Positions 18,701 to 26,476 are shown, numbered from the stretch's first letter. The stretch is 64,000 nt of DNA from Oscillospiraceae bacterium (GCA_017617795.1 JAFZVM010000075.1:3727-67726), one strand, 5' to 3'. Notes: generated from the sequence alone by a model not told the origin. Numbers and translations are program-made.

Positions 18701-19478
18701 TTGCCTGACCGCCCAGCTCCCGGAGGACCCGCTCATCGCAGCTCATCTCCATATCCCGGCTCATGAGGAAGAAGGCTGCCCACACTGCGGGATTGAACCA
18801 GTGGACCGCCAGCAGAAGATAGGCCAACAGTTTTATCCAATGATCTCCCCTGCGGATATGTACCCGTTCATGGGCAAGGACATAGGTGCGTTCCTCCTCC
18901 CCCAGCCCCGCGGGGACGTAGACCCGGGGAGGCAGCAGGCCCAGGATGAAGGGTACCCGGATGCGGTCGGTGGCAAAAACGCCCTTTTCCAGGGCCGCCG
19001 CGTCCGCAAGCCCTCGCTTCATCCTGATATACCGGATGATCCCCAGGGCCAGCATCACAGCCAACCCGCAGAGCCAGAGGACGACGCCCAGAGTCGGCCA
19101 AAGCCGGACCGGCTCGACTGCCGGGATCGGGGCTGCCGTGACCGCTGCCGGGACAGCCGCCGGGGTGATGGGAGCCGCCGCAGGAGCAGCGGAAGCTGCA
19201 GGGACCGCAAGCTGCGCGGCGGATGGTATGCTCTGGGGCAGGATCACGGCGTGCTCTGCCCCGCCGACAGAGTTCATGATCGAGGGCCGCAGACGGAAGA
19301 GGCTGAAAACCGCTTTAAAGCTCACGGGGCAGCATAGCCGGAATCCGACAGCGCTCCATAGGAGATAACGCCACTTCTTCGGCGCGGACCGCAGCAGCAG
19401 ACGCATAAGCACCACAACTGCGATGACGACTGCAGCGGAGATGCTCATATTCAGCACCCGCAAAAACAGACTTTCCAT
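15711..19478 (-). CDS. BlaR1/MecR1-family (peptidase M56) transmembrane signal protease with a very large non-PBP extracellular domain
   Basis: GGGAGGA lies 5 nt before ATG 19478 (MESLFLRVLNMS...). Multiple N-terminal TM helices. HExxH motif is HERVHIRRGDH. An additional TM follows (LWITLTAIVLCIAAVAA). The remaining ~940 aa have no SxxK-type penicillin-sensor motif and contain a 122-aa tandem module. Confidence 0.8.
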   Translation of the reverse strand: MESLFLRVLNMSISAAVVIAVVVLMRLLLRSAPKKWRYLLWSAVGFRLCCPVSFKAVFSLFRLRPSIMNSVGGAEHAVILPQSIPSAAQLAVPAASAAPAAAPITPAAVPAAVTAAPIPAVEPVRLWPTLGVVLWLCGLAVMLALGIIRYIRMKRGLADAAALEKGVFATDRIRVPFILGLLPPRVYVPAGLGEEERTYVLAHERVHIRRGDHWIKLLAYLLLAVHWFNPAVWAAFFLMSRDMEMSCDERVLRELGGQAKAYSRTLLRFAEGRQFPAPAPLGFGESDVKSRIKNALRWKKPKLWITLTAIVLCIAAVAACTADPKKPNETDMPVTAGDTVCFFREDDTISLRGAEGSRSFGEILEELALTGFEYREEENTLSPDDRLFSGQASLTIGMDKDSALMALYNTLPKGSEDMVFHAENDPGIQLGDGSGGFVRLSGVFAGEPFRMTFGYAGTYADLLQRIVLTFWPPEDGAAVYTSAEDGKAVYARVKEALERQLGEPDAAFDLSAGWNFPNGALGVTLRETDDYTSVYILLTGAVKADTPWYWTSTLNAPDIREAALRSASAPTELLLSQFQISELTALLKAVPKDQIAEGRGIPSERVLELRDTGYALRFAGGVIELDCERPLPLSSPAAPAWEIHNEALYAWLDALWEESPFRQTEDPLGLTLRAENVTPTGCTLVFTQSGGNVTGELVTGEEFRLFKRDADGGWKDLFADMNVGWIGSALPVAADGSTELETYWGGAFTLEAGRYRIEKKVLDSRGTGDFDEYSICAEFEIPGGQSEDPLGLTMRAENVTPTGCTLVITQSGGNFTGDLVTGAEYLLETMAGDGTWSELPGQSERIWYAIGYSINQHGTTTLEADWTNFIGPLADGHYRISKGILNSHDDGSPDSYRVYTEFDISGGAGETISNWFAMIPEGYVFSQYGNYGWEGGFLILPEVYVRENNVGTAPIEWRYSGLVTRISAQNSHLTFQNGIPEWNGLPIQNHTVTEFLGIEPSAQNRNGWQVIRLKETHDLYTPAEIAELEKKGINSGAIDLTSEYWTFWFVKEGVDTYYQVSLASKTFSEETAIRFVQTMTVDRDHEAQTELIDSLGYSWFDIKADKNKTAASGTIEIFVKEQGVLGIRILADLTIGPEDWGGVAFYLPAGCRLESVSCSYPEKDGAAAEDPPVNVWTTEAENEKYTTMIEIGRDRSKTPGGGGTGTVVIEASCPWDSSAPIPSLAFGVDCGAEEKDGYVIMGVEHREIVVEIRSR
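16758..17489 (-). repeat. Intragenic tandem duplication (2 x 366 bp = 2 x 122 aa) in the M56 protein ectodomain
   Basis: The string cccaggggatcctc recurs at 17107 and 17473. The protein units are EDPLGLTLRAENVTPTGCTLVFTQSGGNVTGELVTG... and EDPLGLTMRAENVTPTGCTLVITQSGGNFTGDLVTG... Confidence 0.8.
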
Positions 19479-19479
19479 C

Positions 19480-19842
19480 TCAGTCCTCCCGATGCTCATC
19501 GATGAGCTTTTTCAGTTCCTCCGCTTCCTTGGCCGAGATCGTCTTTCCTCCCAGAAAGGAGACCAAAAACCCGGGCAGCGAACCGGAAAAGGTCTGCTCC
19601 ACAACATATGCGCTCTCGGCAGCCTGGACCTCCGAACGGGAGACCAGCGCAGTTACCATACTCTCTTCATTCTTCACGTATCCCTTTTCCACCAGAATGC
19701 GAAGACGGGTGTATGTAGTTGATTTCTTCCATCCCAACAGATCCCGGCACAGCTCCACCAATCGCCCGGAGGACACGGGCTCGTTTTCCCAGATCACGTC
19801 CAGAAAGCGGGATTCTCCATAGGACAGCCGTTTTCCTTCCAT
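19480..19842 (-). CDS. BlaI/MecI/CopY-family winged-helix transcriptional repressor
   Basis: 120 aa. Conserved motifs are LDVIWENEPVSSGRLVE, WKKSTTYTRLRILVEKGYV and a C-terminal dimerisation helix. Its stop lies immediately upstream of the M56 gene start. Confidence 0.9.
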   Translation of the reverse strand: MEGKRLSYGESRFLDVIWENEPVSSGRLVELCRDLLGWKKSTTYTRLRILVEKGYVKNEESMVTALVSRSEVQAAESAYVVEQTFSGSLPGFLVSFLGGKTISAKEAEELKKLIDEHRED

Positions 19843-19857
19843 ATTCTCACCGCCTTT

Positions 19858-19911
19858 GGTCTAATTTATTAAACCTATCGTAAGTTTAATCCATTAAACC
19901 AGCTTTGTCAA
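19858..19911 (-). promoter_or_regulatory. Promoter of the blaI-like operon with two palindromic candidate operators
   Basis: Read on the minus strand: TTGACA (19911..19906), a 17-nt spacer and TAAACT (19888..19883). The perfect palindrome GTTTAAT-GG-ATTAAAC (19884..19899) spans the spacer and -10. A second, imperfect copy GGTTTAAT-AA-ATTAGACC (19858..19875) lies in the 5' UTR. Confidence 0.5.
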
Positions 19912-19982
19912 GATGTAGTTCGCAGAAATATCGGGAGAAGCCGTTCGACTTCTCCCGATCCGGATCTCTGTTTTTTCTCAGT

Positions 19983-20534
19983 TCATTTCAGTGCTTCCTG
20001 ATACCTGGCCCTATCCCCGCCGATGAACTTCGGCCTGGTCCTGGCGCAGGTGAGGTGAGCCTGGCCGATGGCGTTCAGGCTGAGGCGCACCGGCACCGCC
20101 ACATCCCGCAGATGCATGCCGATAAAGGTATCTCCGATATCCATGCCCGCGGCGGCCCGCACATGCTCCACCGCCACAGGGTCCGCCAGCCTGGCAAAGG
20201 TCACGGTGGCAAAGGAGCCGCCAGCATGGGTCCAGGGCTGAACGTTCACCGGATCATATCCATACTGCCGGGCCGCTTCCCGCTCCAGGATGAGCGCCCG
20301 GTTCAGATGCTCGCAGCACTGGCTCACCAGCCAGATCCCCCGCTCCTTCAGCAGCGGATAGATCCCTTCGAAGACGGCCTCCGCCGCTTCCATGCTGGAA
20401 CCCTTGCCGATGTGTTCCCCCATGATCTCGCTGGAAGAACAGCCTACTACGAAAAGATCCCCGGCCTGCAGCTTCGCCGCCTGCAGCAGCTCTTCGACCG
20501 CTCTTTTGGCCTGAGCGGTGATCTCCTCAAACAT
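19983..20534 (-). CDS. TIGR01440/UPF0340-family protein (function unknown)
   Basis: 183 aa. Blocks I recall from this family are present: LFVVGCSSSEI.G..IGK, LVSQCCEHLNRAL, VNVQPWTHAGGSFAT and GMDIGDTFIGMHL. Confidence 0.75.
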   Translation of the reverse strand: MFEEITAQAKRAVEELLQAAKLQAGDLFVVGCSSSEIMGEHIGKGSSMEAAEAVFEGIYPLLKERGIWLVSQCCEHLNRALILEREAARQYGYDPVNVQPWTHAGGSFATVTFARLADPVAVEHVRAAAGMDIGDTFIGMHLRDVAVPVRLSLNAIGQAHLTCARTRPKFIGGDRARYQEALK

Positions 20535-20553
20535 GTCGTATACGCTTCCTTTC

Positions 20554-22473
20554 TCAGTCTTCCGGCAGGGGGTTCAGCTCCTCCACCGAGCTTTCCAGCC
20601 AATGCATCCGCTGCAGCTCCAGCAGAGGCGGCTGCACGCCATGGTCGATGCGAAGATTCCCGTCCCGGTCCCAGATCGGTCCTTCAAAGGGGGCAAGACG
20701 GTCTTCCCGCACCAGATCCCGGAAGATGTTCACCAACCGGGTCGCCCGCTCGCCGATCACGTTGTTCACGGGGTAAATATCCATGATGCCGGTGCTCATG
20801 CCCCAGCCGAAGTGGATGGGATTGCCGCCGATATGCCGGCTCTCCAGCAGGGCAGTACGGCCCTCGATGGCGTCGCTGATGACTTTGTCGTAGAAATGCT
20901 CCCAGTCGAAGGAGGCTCCCGCATAGCTCTCCAGCGTGTACCCCTCCGGACTGAGCCCATAGAGCTGGGCATAGATTTCCGGGAATGCGACCCGGTCCAG
21001 GGGATTATCCGGCGAATGCCGGCAGAAGGCCACGTCCGCGCCATGCTGCGCCATGGTCTGCCTGGCCAGCTCATGCTCCCGCCAGGAGTTGATGCCCCGC
21101 AGGGTATAGTCCAGCGTCTTCGCCCGGGGATTGATGAGTCTGGCCCCCAGGGCAAAGGCGTTGATCTCATAGGTGGTTTTGAGCTCTCCCCATGCGGCAT
21201 AGTTCATATAGCCGATGACGCCGCTGCGGCTCATGGCTGCCGCCAGCACGCCGCACAGGAAAGTCATATCGAACATCTTGCTGAAATAGGTGTTGAGGTT
21301 CTTTCCTTCCCGGGGGCGGTCACAGTTCAGGACGATCAGTTCGGGATTCTCCAGAGCGATGCGCAGGCTGGCGTCCGACATGGTGGGGCTGGTGGTAAAC
21401 AGCACATCCGGCTTCTTGGCTGCCAGCTCCTGCAGCGCCGCGAAGGGGCCGCCGGGATGACGGTTCACGTTGTACATCCGCTCCACCGTAAGATTATTCT
21501 TGTATTTTCTCTCGATCCGGTCGATGCCGAGACAATGCCAGCGGGTAAACAGGCTGGTACTGGGATCGTCATCAAAAGCAAAGGCCGCGCGGACCATGGA
21601 TTTGCGCAGCCTGGGCCGCACCGGCTGGACCTCCGCCTTCGCCGCATCGACCTCCATGGTATCCCGTTTGCGGCTTCCTTCCGCCACCTGAAACTGCGCC
21701 TTGGCCTTGCGGATATTCCGAATCAGTTCTCCTTGCTCTGCCCCGTAGGGATAGCCGAAGATCTGGCTGTATTCCACCAGGGCGTCCCCGGAGGTCAGCT
21801 CCAGCCCCTCCAGCTTGGAAGCCCGGAATGCCTTGTGGAAGCGGCGATAGGTATTGTTGATGGTCTCTTCCACGGTATCCGTTACCTCAGGATGATCCTT
21901 GAGGTACTTCTCCGTCTGATTCATGAGCCGGGTAAAGTTGCCCCTGCGATGGAACCAGAGACCCTCGAAATACATCTTCTTATCATAATCCAGCATCTCA
22001 TAGAAGATGGATATATCGTCGTTCGTTTCATCCCGCTCGGGCAGAAGGCGGATGATATTCCCGTATACGGAGGCGGCGCCCACGTATTTCAGGATGCTGA
22101 CCCGCTTGTTTCCCTCCAGGACGTAATAATGGTTGATATATTCATAGACCTTGATGGGTTCCCGGATCCCCTCCACCAACTGGCTTTCATAGACTTTCTT
22201 CCATTTGATGGCGAATTCCGTATCGTCCCCCAGGAGGGGCATGAAGTTGCCCGCGAAGGAATTGCTCCTCGCGGCGGTACGGGTACCGACGATCCGGTTC
22301 AAGGGGATCTCATGGAAGCCCAGGTTGATTTCAGCCAGGATCTCAATGCCGCGGGTATTGTCCTCCAGCACATGGAGATAGCCTTTGTCCTTATCCCCGG
22401 CATGCTCGGATACATACTTTCTCCCCAGCTTGCGCGCGGCAAGATAAGCCGACCTGCTGTCGTTCTCCGCCAT
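20554..22473 (-). CDS. Cytoplasmic fusion protein: ParB/Srx-like N-terminal domain + BMP-family (COG1744, nucleoside-binding-protein fold) C-terminal domain
   Basis: 639 aa with no signal peptide or lipobox. The N-terminus has FHEIPLNRIVGT...YYVLEGNKRVSILKYVG, a ParB-like G-x-[HK]-R signature. The C-terminus has GVIGYMNYAAWGE...INAFALGARLINPRAKT...SW...GADV, as in BMP/PnrA-type binding proteins. Confidence 0.65.
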   Translation of the reverse strand: MAENDSRSAYLAARKLGRKYVSEHAGDKDKGYLHVLEDNTRGIEILAEINLGFHEIPLNRIVGTRTAARSNSFAGNFMPLLGDDTEFAIKWKKVYESQLVEGIREPIKVYEYINHYYVLEGNKRVSILKYVGAASVYGNIIRLLPERDETNDDISIFYEMLDYDKKMYFEGLWFHRRGNFTRLMNQTEKYLKDHPEVTDTVEETINNTYRRFHKAFRASKLEGLELTSGDALVEYSQIFGYPYGAEQGELIRNIRKAKAQFQVAEGSRKRDTMEVDAAKAEVQPVRPRLRKSMVRAAFAFDDDPSTSLFTRWHCLGIDRIERKYKNNLTVERMYNVNRHPGGPFAALQELAAKKPDVLFTTSPTMSDASLRIALENPELIVLNCDRPREGKNLNTYFSKMFDMTFLCGVLAAAMSRSGVIGYMNYAAWGELKTTYEINAFALGARLINPRAKTLDYTLRGINSWREHELARQTMAQHGADVAFCRHSPDNPLDRVAFPEIYAQLYGLSPEGYTLESYAGASFDWEHFYDKVISDAIEGRTALLESRHIGGNPIHFGWGMSTGIMDIYPVNNVIGERATRLVNIFRDLVREDRLAPFEGPIWDRDGNLRIDHGVQPPLLELQRMHWLESSVEELNPLPED

Positions 22474-22654
22474 ATGCGCACCTCCTCTGTCGCAAGACCG
22501 CTGATTTTTATTTCTATTATCATATCATATCTTTTTTCCCTCGGCAACGATATTGTATTCCGTATGTTGAGAAAGCTGGTAATCACGGTATTTCTGTGTT
22601 ATACTGCAAAAAAAGCGTCGGTTATTCAGAAAACCGGCATCTGGAGGCGAAACC

Positions 22655-24022
22655 GTGAACGGACTTCGTTTTTCCCTGGCTCTTGCTGCGGGCAAGTGCG
22701 CCCAGTTCGCCATGCGTCTGCTGGGCAAAAAAGCCACCTATCTCCCCGGCAAGCTGGCACTGCGCATCTGCCCGGATTTTCTTTCCCGCATCGGCAAGCC
22801 GGATCTGCTCATCGGCGTGACGGGTACCAACGGCAAAACCACGGTGAGCAATATGCTCTGCGACCTGCTCATCGGCTTTGGCGAGGACCCGGTGAGCAAC
22901 CGTCTGGGTTCCAATATCGACGCCGGCGCCGCTTCCGCCCTTTTGGAAGCAGCCGGTCTTTCCGGCCGCTGCAGACGGAAGGTCGGCGTGCTGGAGATGG
23001 ACGAACGCAGCGCCGCCCGTATTTTCCCGGCAGTGAAACCCAACTACCTCGTCATCACAAACCTGTTCCGGGATTCCATGCGCCGCAATGCTCATCCGGA
23101 ATATATCGCCTCTCTTCTGGACCGGTATATCCCTTCTGAGACCCGTTTGATCCTCAATGCGGACGACCCCATCAGCTCCAACGTCGCCAAGCTCAACAGC
23201 CGGGTGTATTTCGGGATCGATCCTCTGCCCTTCGAGCCGCCGGTCCGGGAAAACCTGGTGGTGGACGCCCGGCTCTGTCCCATCTGCGGCGAGCCGATCC
23301 AATATGACTTCCGCCGGTACAACCACATCGGCCGGGCCCACTGCGAAAGCTGCGGCTGGGTCTCTCCCCGGGGAGACTACCAGCTGATCTCCGCCGATCG
23401 GGAAGCCGGACTGATGACCGTGCTGGAAAACGACGTATGGCATGACTATCGCATGCCCGCCGATGCGATATACAATCTGTATAACGCCGTCGCCGCGGTG
23501 GCAGCCCTGCGCACCATCGGCTATACGCCGGAGCAGATCGCGGAAGGGATGGAAAAGCTGCAGGTGGTACAGTCCCGTTTCTGGCAGGAAGAGATCGGCA
23601 ATTGGGAATTGACGGAGATCATGGCCAAGGGGCTGAATGCCGTAGCCTGCTCCAGGAACTTTGACTACGTTGCCAACGCGGAGGGAAAAAAGGCCGTCGT
23701 TCTGCTGCTGGACGATGTGTTCGATGAAAAGAGTTCTTCGGAAAACATCGCCTGGCTCTATGACGCGGACTTTGAATTTCTGGCGGAAGAGGATACGGTG
23801 CAGGTGCTGGCGGTCGGCGCCCGGTGCCTGGATACCCGGCTGAGACTGCTGATCGCCGGCGTTCCGGAGGACCGGATCACCGTAGTGCGCCAGGCGAAGG
23901 ACGCAGCCGCCGCCGTGGATCTGACCCAATGCGGCAAGGTCTTCGTACTCTATGAGGTCTATCGGCAGAAGCAGGCCGTGATGGTACGGAACGCGATAGC
24001 GGAAAGGATGAGGAAGGCATGA
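22655..24022 (+). CDS. murT: MurT-like Mur-ligase-family protein (central ATP-binding domain, Cys4 ribbon, DUF1727-like C-terminus); divergent
   Basis: GTG start preceded by GGAGG. P-loop is GVTGTNGKTT. Also present are LEMDE, ITNLFRD, LNADDP and the ribbon CPICGEPIQYDF..HCESCGW. The C-terminal WLYDADFE block is conserved, but the canonical DNAADGRD motif reads DDVFDEKSSSEN. Confidence 0.8.
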   Translation: MNGLRFSLALAAGKCAQFAMRLLGKKATYLPGKLALRICPDFLSRIGKPDLLIGVTGTNGKTTVSNMLCDLLIGFGEDPVSNRLGSNIDAGAASALLEAAGLSGRCRRKVGVLEMDERSAARIFPAVKPNYLVITNLFRDSMRRNAHPEYIASLLDRYIPSETRLILNADDPISSNVAKLNSRVYFGIDPLPFEPPVRENLVVDARLCPICGEPIQYDFRRYNHIGRAHCESCGWVSPRGDYQLISADREAGLMTVLENDVWHDYRMPADAIYNLYNAVAAVAALRTIGYTPEQIAEGMEKLQVVQSRFWQEEIGNWELTEIMAKGLNAVACSRNFDYVANAEGKKAVVLLLDDVFDEKSSSENIAWLYDADFEFLAEEDTVQVLAVGARCLDTRLRLLIAGVPEDRITVVRQAKDAAAAVDLTQCGKVFVLYEVYRQKQAVMVRNAIAERMRKA

Positions 24023-24729
24023 AGCTGGAATACCTCTACCCGGAGCTGGGCAATCTCTTCGGGGACGGTGCAAACATGCGTTATCTGCGCAAATGCATCC
24101 CCGAAGCGGAATACATCGAAACTCCGCTGAACCATGAACCCGCCTTTGCCGGGGACGGCGACGTTCGTTTCGTCTACTGCGGTCCCATGACGGAGCGGGG
24201 TCAGCGGATGGCGCTTCCCGCTCTCCGCACCTATGCCAAAGCCATGGAGGAGCGGATCGAGGAAGGATGCTGCTTCCTCTTCACCGGCAACAGTCTGGAG
24301 CTTGTGGGAAAAAGCATCCGGACGGCGGACGACACCCTCACAGGGCTGGGAATCTTTGACCTGGAAGCGCGTCAGGACCTGAACAAACGGTATAACGGCT
24401 TTTTCCTGGGCAAATGGGACGGGTTGGAGATCACGGCCTTCAACAGCCGTTTCAGCCATTGTCATCCCGGGCCCGGTACAGAGGGCTTCGCCAACGTGGT
24501 CCGGGGCATCGGCCTGGAGGAGGGCTGCCCCTTTGAAGGCGTTCGGCGGAAGAACTTCCTGGGCACCTACCTGCTGGGCCCTCTGCTGGTGCTGAATCCC
24601 CTGCTCACCCAGAAGCTGTTGGAAACCCTCGGTGCGGAACGGAAGGAGCCGGTTTTCTTCCAGGAGGCCATGGAAGCATACACCCAGCGCAAGGCGGAGT
24701 TTTCCAACCGCCGCAAAAAGCTGGATTGA
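24019..24729 (+). CDS. gatD: GatD-like (CobQ-type glutamine amidotransferase fold) protein lacking the catalytic Cys and His
   Basis: The start overlaps the murT stop (ATGA). The N-terminus YLYPELGNLFGDGANMRYL is typical of GatD. The nucleophile position reads FTGNSLELVGK (T89, codon acc at 24283..24285). The YLHGP position reads YLLGP (L186, ctg at 24574..24576). Confidence 0.8.
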   Translation: MKLEYLYPELGNLFGDGANMRYLRKCIPEAEYIETPLNHEPAFAGDGDVRFVYCGPMTERGQRMALPALRTYAKAMEERIEEGCCFLFTGNSLELVGKSIRTADDTLTGLGIFDLEARQDLNKRYNGFFLGKWDGLEITAFNSRFSHCHPGPGTEGFANVVRGIGLEEGCPFEGVRRKNFLGTYLLGPLLVLNPLLTQKLLETLGAERKEPVFFQEAMEAYTQRKAEFSNRRKKLD

Positions 24730-24828
24730 TCACGCAGACAACACAAAGGATCGAGGCGAGCCGATTCGGCCCGCCTCTTGGTTTATCATTGCGTTATTCA
24801 GTCTTTGTTTCCGGTTCCTCTCTGTCCC

Positions 24829-25707
24829 TTATACCGTGTAGGGGTTCTGATCCGTAAAAAAATGTTCTTCGATCTCCTCCGGCTTAGCGTATTTGCCGAT
24901 CATGCAGAAGATCTCCCGATCCGGCGTGCCTTCCCGGGTGGCGGTGCCGTAGCCGCGGCCGACGCTGTACATCCGGTTCCAGTTGTCCAGGAAGCAGAGG
25001 GTGTCGCTGCGGAAGCCCATCTTGGCGCCCAGGATCTTCTCCATGTTTTGCTCGGTGACGCTGACGAGATACATGCCTTCCTTGATCTTGACGTAGAAGG
25101 CTTCCTCATCGGAGCCGGGCAGGGAGCGCATGCCGCTGCTCAGGCTGGATACGTTGGCCTGGTTGTTGTACTTGATGCGGTAGAAATGGCTGTTGTAGTA
25201 CACGTGTACGGTGGAGAGCTCATGGCCGTACACCCAGCGGACGCCGGTGCCGGCGACGTCATCGGTGAAGGTATGACGCCTGATGTCGGTATGCTCCTCG
25301 CCCTCGATCTTGATGTAACCGAAAGCCCAGTGGCTGTCGATCAGGTAGGGCCAATAGGGATTCTCGCCTACCACGCAGCGCAGAAGGGTAACAAGCCCCT
25401 GCTCCTTATCGATGACGTAGGTCTGGTTCTCCCGGTTGGGCTCAGGCATGCAGAACGTCACCAGGTAGGTGTAATCATCCGCCTTGCGGCACTCATACCG
25501 CTCGGAGCTGCCGGAAAACTTGCCGCTCATGATGCTCCAGTTGACCTTGCTCTCGTCCACGAATTCCAGGTGGATATCGCCGGAGCACTCGCCGGTATCC
25601 ATGACGAAATCAAATTCCTTGCCCGCCAGCTCAAAGCATTTGGGGGGACAATACTGGGAAATGGAATTGCGGGCCGCGATCGGGCCATACTTTTCAACCA
25701 GATTCAT
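24829..25707 (-). CDS. Cytosolic hypothetical protein, two beta-rich halves (possibly MoaF/lipocalin-like; weak recollection)
   Basis: 292-aa ORF preceded by AAGGAGG at the correct spacing. It has its own promoter and terminator context. I could not identify a catalytic motif. Confidence 0.6.
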   Translation of the reverse strand: MNLVEKYGPIAARNSISQYCPPKCFELAGKEFDFVMDTGECSGDIHLEFVDESKVNWSIMSGKFSGSSERYECRKADDYTYLVTFCMPEPNRENQTYVIDKEQGLVTLLRCVVGENPYWPYLIDSHWAFGYIKIEGEEHTDIRRHTFTDDVAGTGVRWVYGHELSTVHVYYNSHFYRIKYNNQANVSSLSSGMRSLPGSDEEAFYVKIKEGMYLVSVTEQNMEKILGAKMGFRSDTLCFLDNWNRMYSVGRGYGTATREGTPDREIFCMIGKYAKPEEIEEHFFTDQNPYTV

Positions 25708-25748
25708 GAAGACGCCTCCTTGTTTTATTGTTTTGAATTTGTAAGTTC

Positions 25749-25777
25749 AGTCTACCCGATTTTGTCTGGATTGTCAA
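25749..25777 (-). promoter_or_regulatory. SigA-type promoter for the 24829..25707 gene
   Basis: Minus strand: TTGACA (25777..25772), a 17-nt spacer and TAGACT (25754..25749). Confidence 0.45.
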
Positions 25778-25810
25778 TGTAAAACCGGCTCCGGTCAGAA
25801 ACCGGAGCCG
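25778..25810 (-). terminator. Rho-independent terminator after the cyclophilin gene
   Basis: Stem ccggctccggt / accggagccgg (25784..25810), with TTTTAC on the minus strand. Confidence 0.7.
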
Positions 25811-25816
25811 GAAGAC

Positions 25817-26476
25817 TCAGTAGATATCCACCGAAGACTTATCGATGGTTTTGGGTTCGTTTGGCTTATAGTCGTAGCAATTGACCCGGAGGGAGACGAT
25901 GTAGATCTCATCCCGGGGATAATCGTTGTCGTCCACGTCCATCTTGGAGATCGCAACGATATCGGTCATGCCGGTGATCACCTTGCCGAAGGCGCAGTAT
26001 TTTCCGTCCATGGAAGCTTTGGGCTCCAGCATGATGAAGAACTGGCTGCTGCCGGTATTGTAGAATTTCTTGTCGTCTTCATCGGCGGCCAGACGGGCCA
26101 TGCCCACAATGCCCTCGTTAAAGATCAGGTTGTCCTTCACGAAGCCGTTATCCGCGAATTCGCCCTTGATATAGTATCCGGCGTCCGATTCATCGGAGTT
26201 TGCGGGGCCGCCCATCTGCACCAGCACATATTCCACGATGCGGTGCACGGGACTGCCGTCATAGAAGCCGGAATTGGCCAGCTTGATGAAGTTGTCCACC
26301 GTGTTGGGCGCTTTGTTCGGATACAGCCGGATGGTCGCCTCCGTCCCATTGCTGAACACGATGGTGGCAATGGGCTTGCGGTTGCCGATCACCACGCAGC
26401 CGGCGCAGGACAGGAGCACCGCGACCGTCATCAGCAGCGCGGCGGCTGTCCGAAAAATCGTTTTTCTCTTTGCCAT
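25817..26476 (-). CDS. Cyclophilin-type peptidyl-prolyl cis-trans isomerase, lipoprotein
   Basis: Signal peptide with lipobox LLSCAGC. Cyclophilin blocks are FYDGSPVHRIV, GMARLA...NTGSSQFFI and FGKVITGMTDI. Confidence 0.85.
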   Translation of the reverse strand: MAKRKTIFRTAAALLMTVAVLLSCAGCVVIGNRKPIATIVFSNGTEATIRLYPNKAPNTVDNFIKLANSGFYDGSPVHRIVEYVLVQMGGPANSDESDAGYYIKGEFADNGFVKDNLIFNEGIVGMARLAADEDDKKFYNTGSSQFFIMLEPKASMDGKYCAFGKVITGMTDIVAISKMDVDDNDYPRDEIYIVSLRVNCYDYKPNEPKTIDKSSVDIY

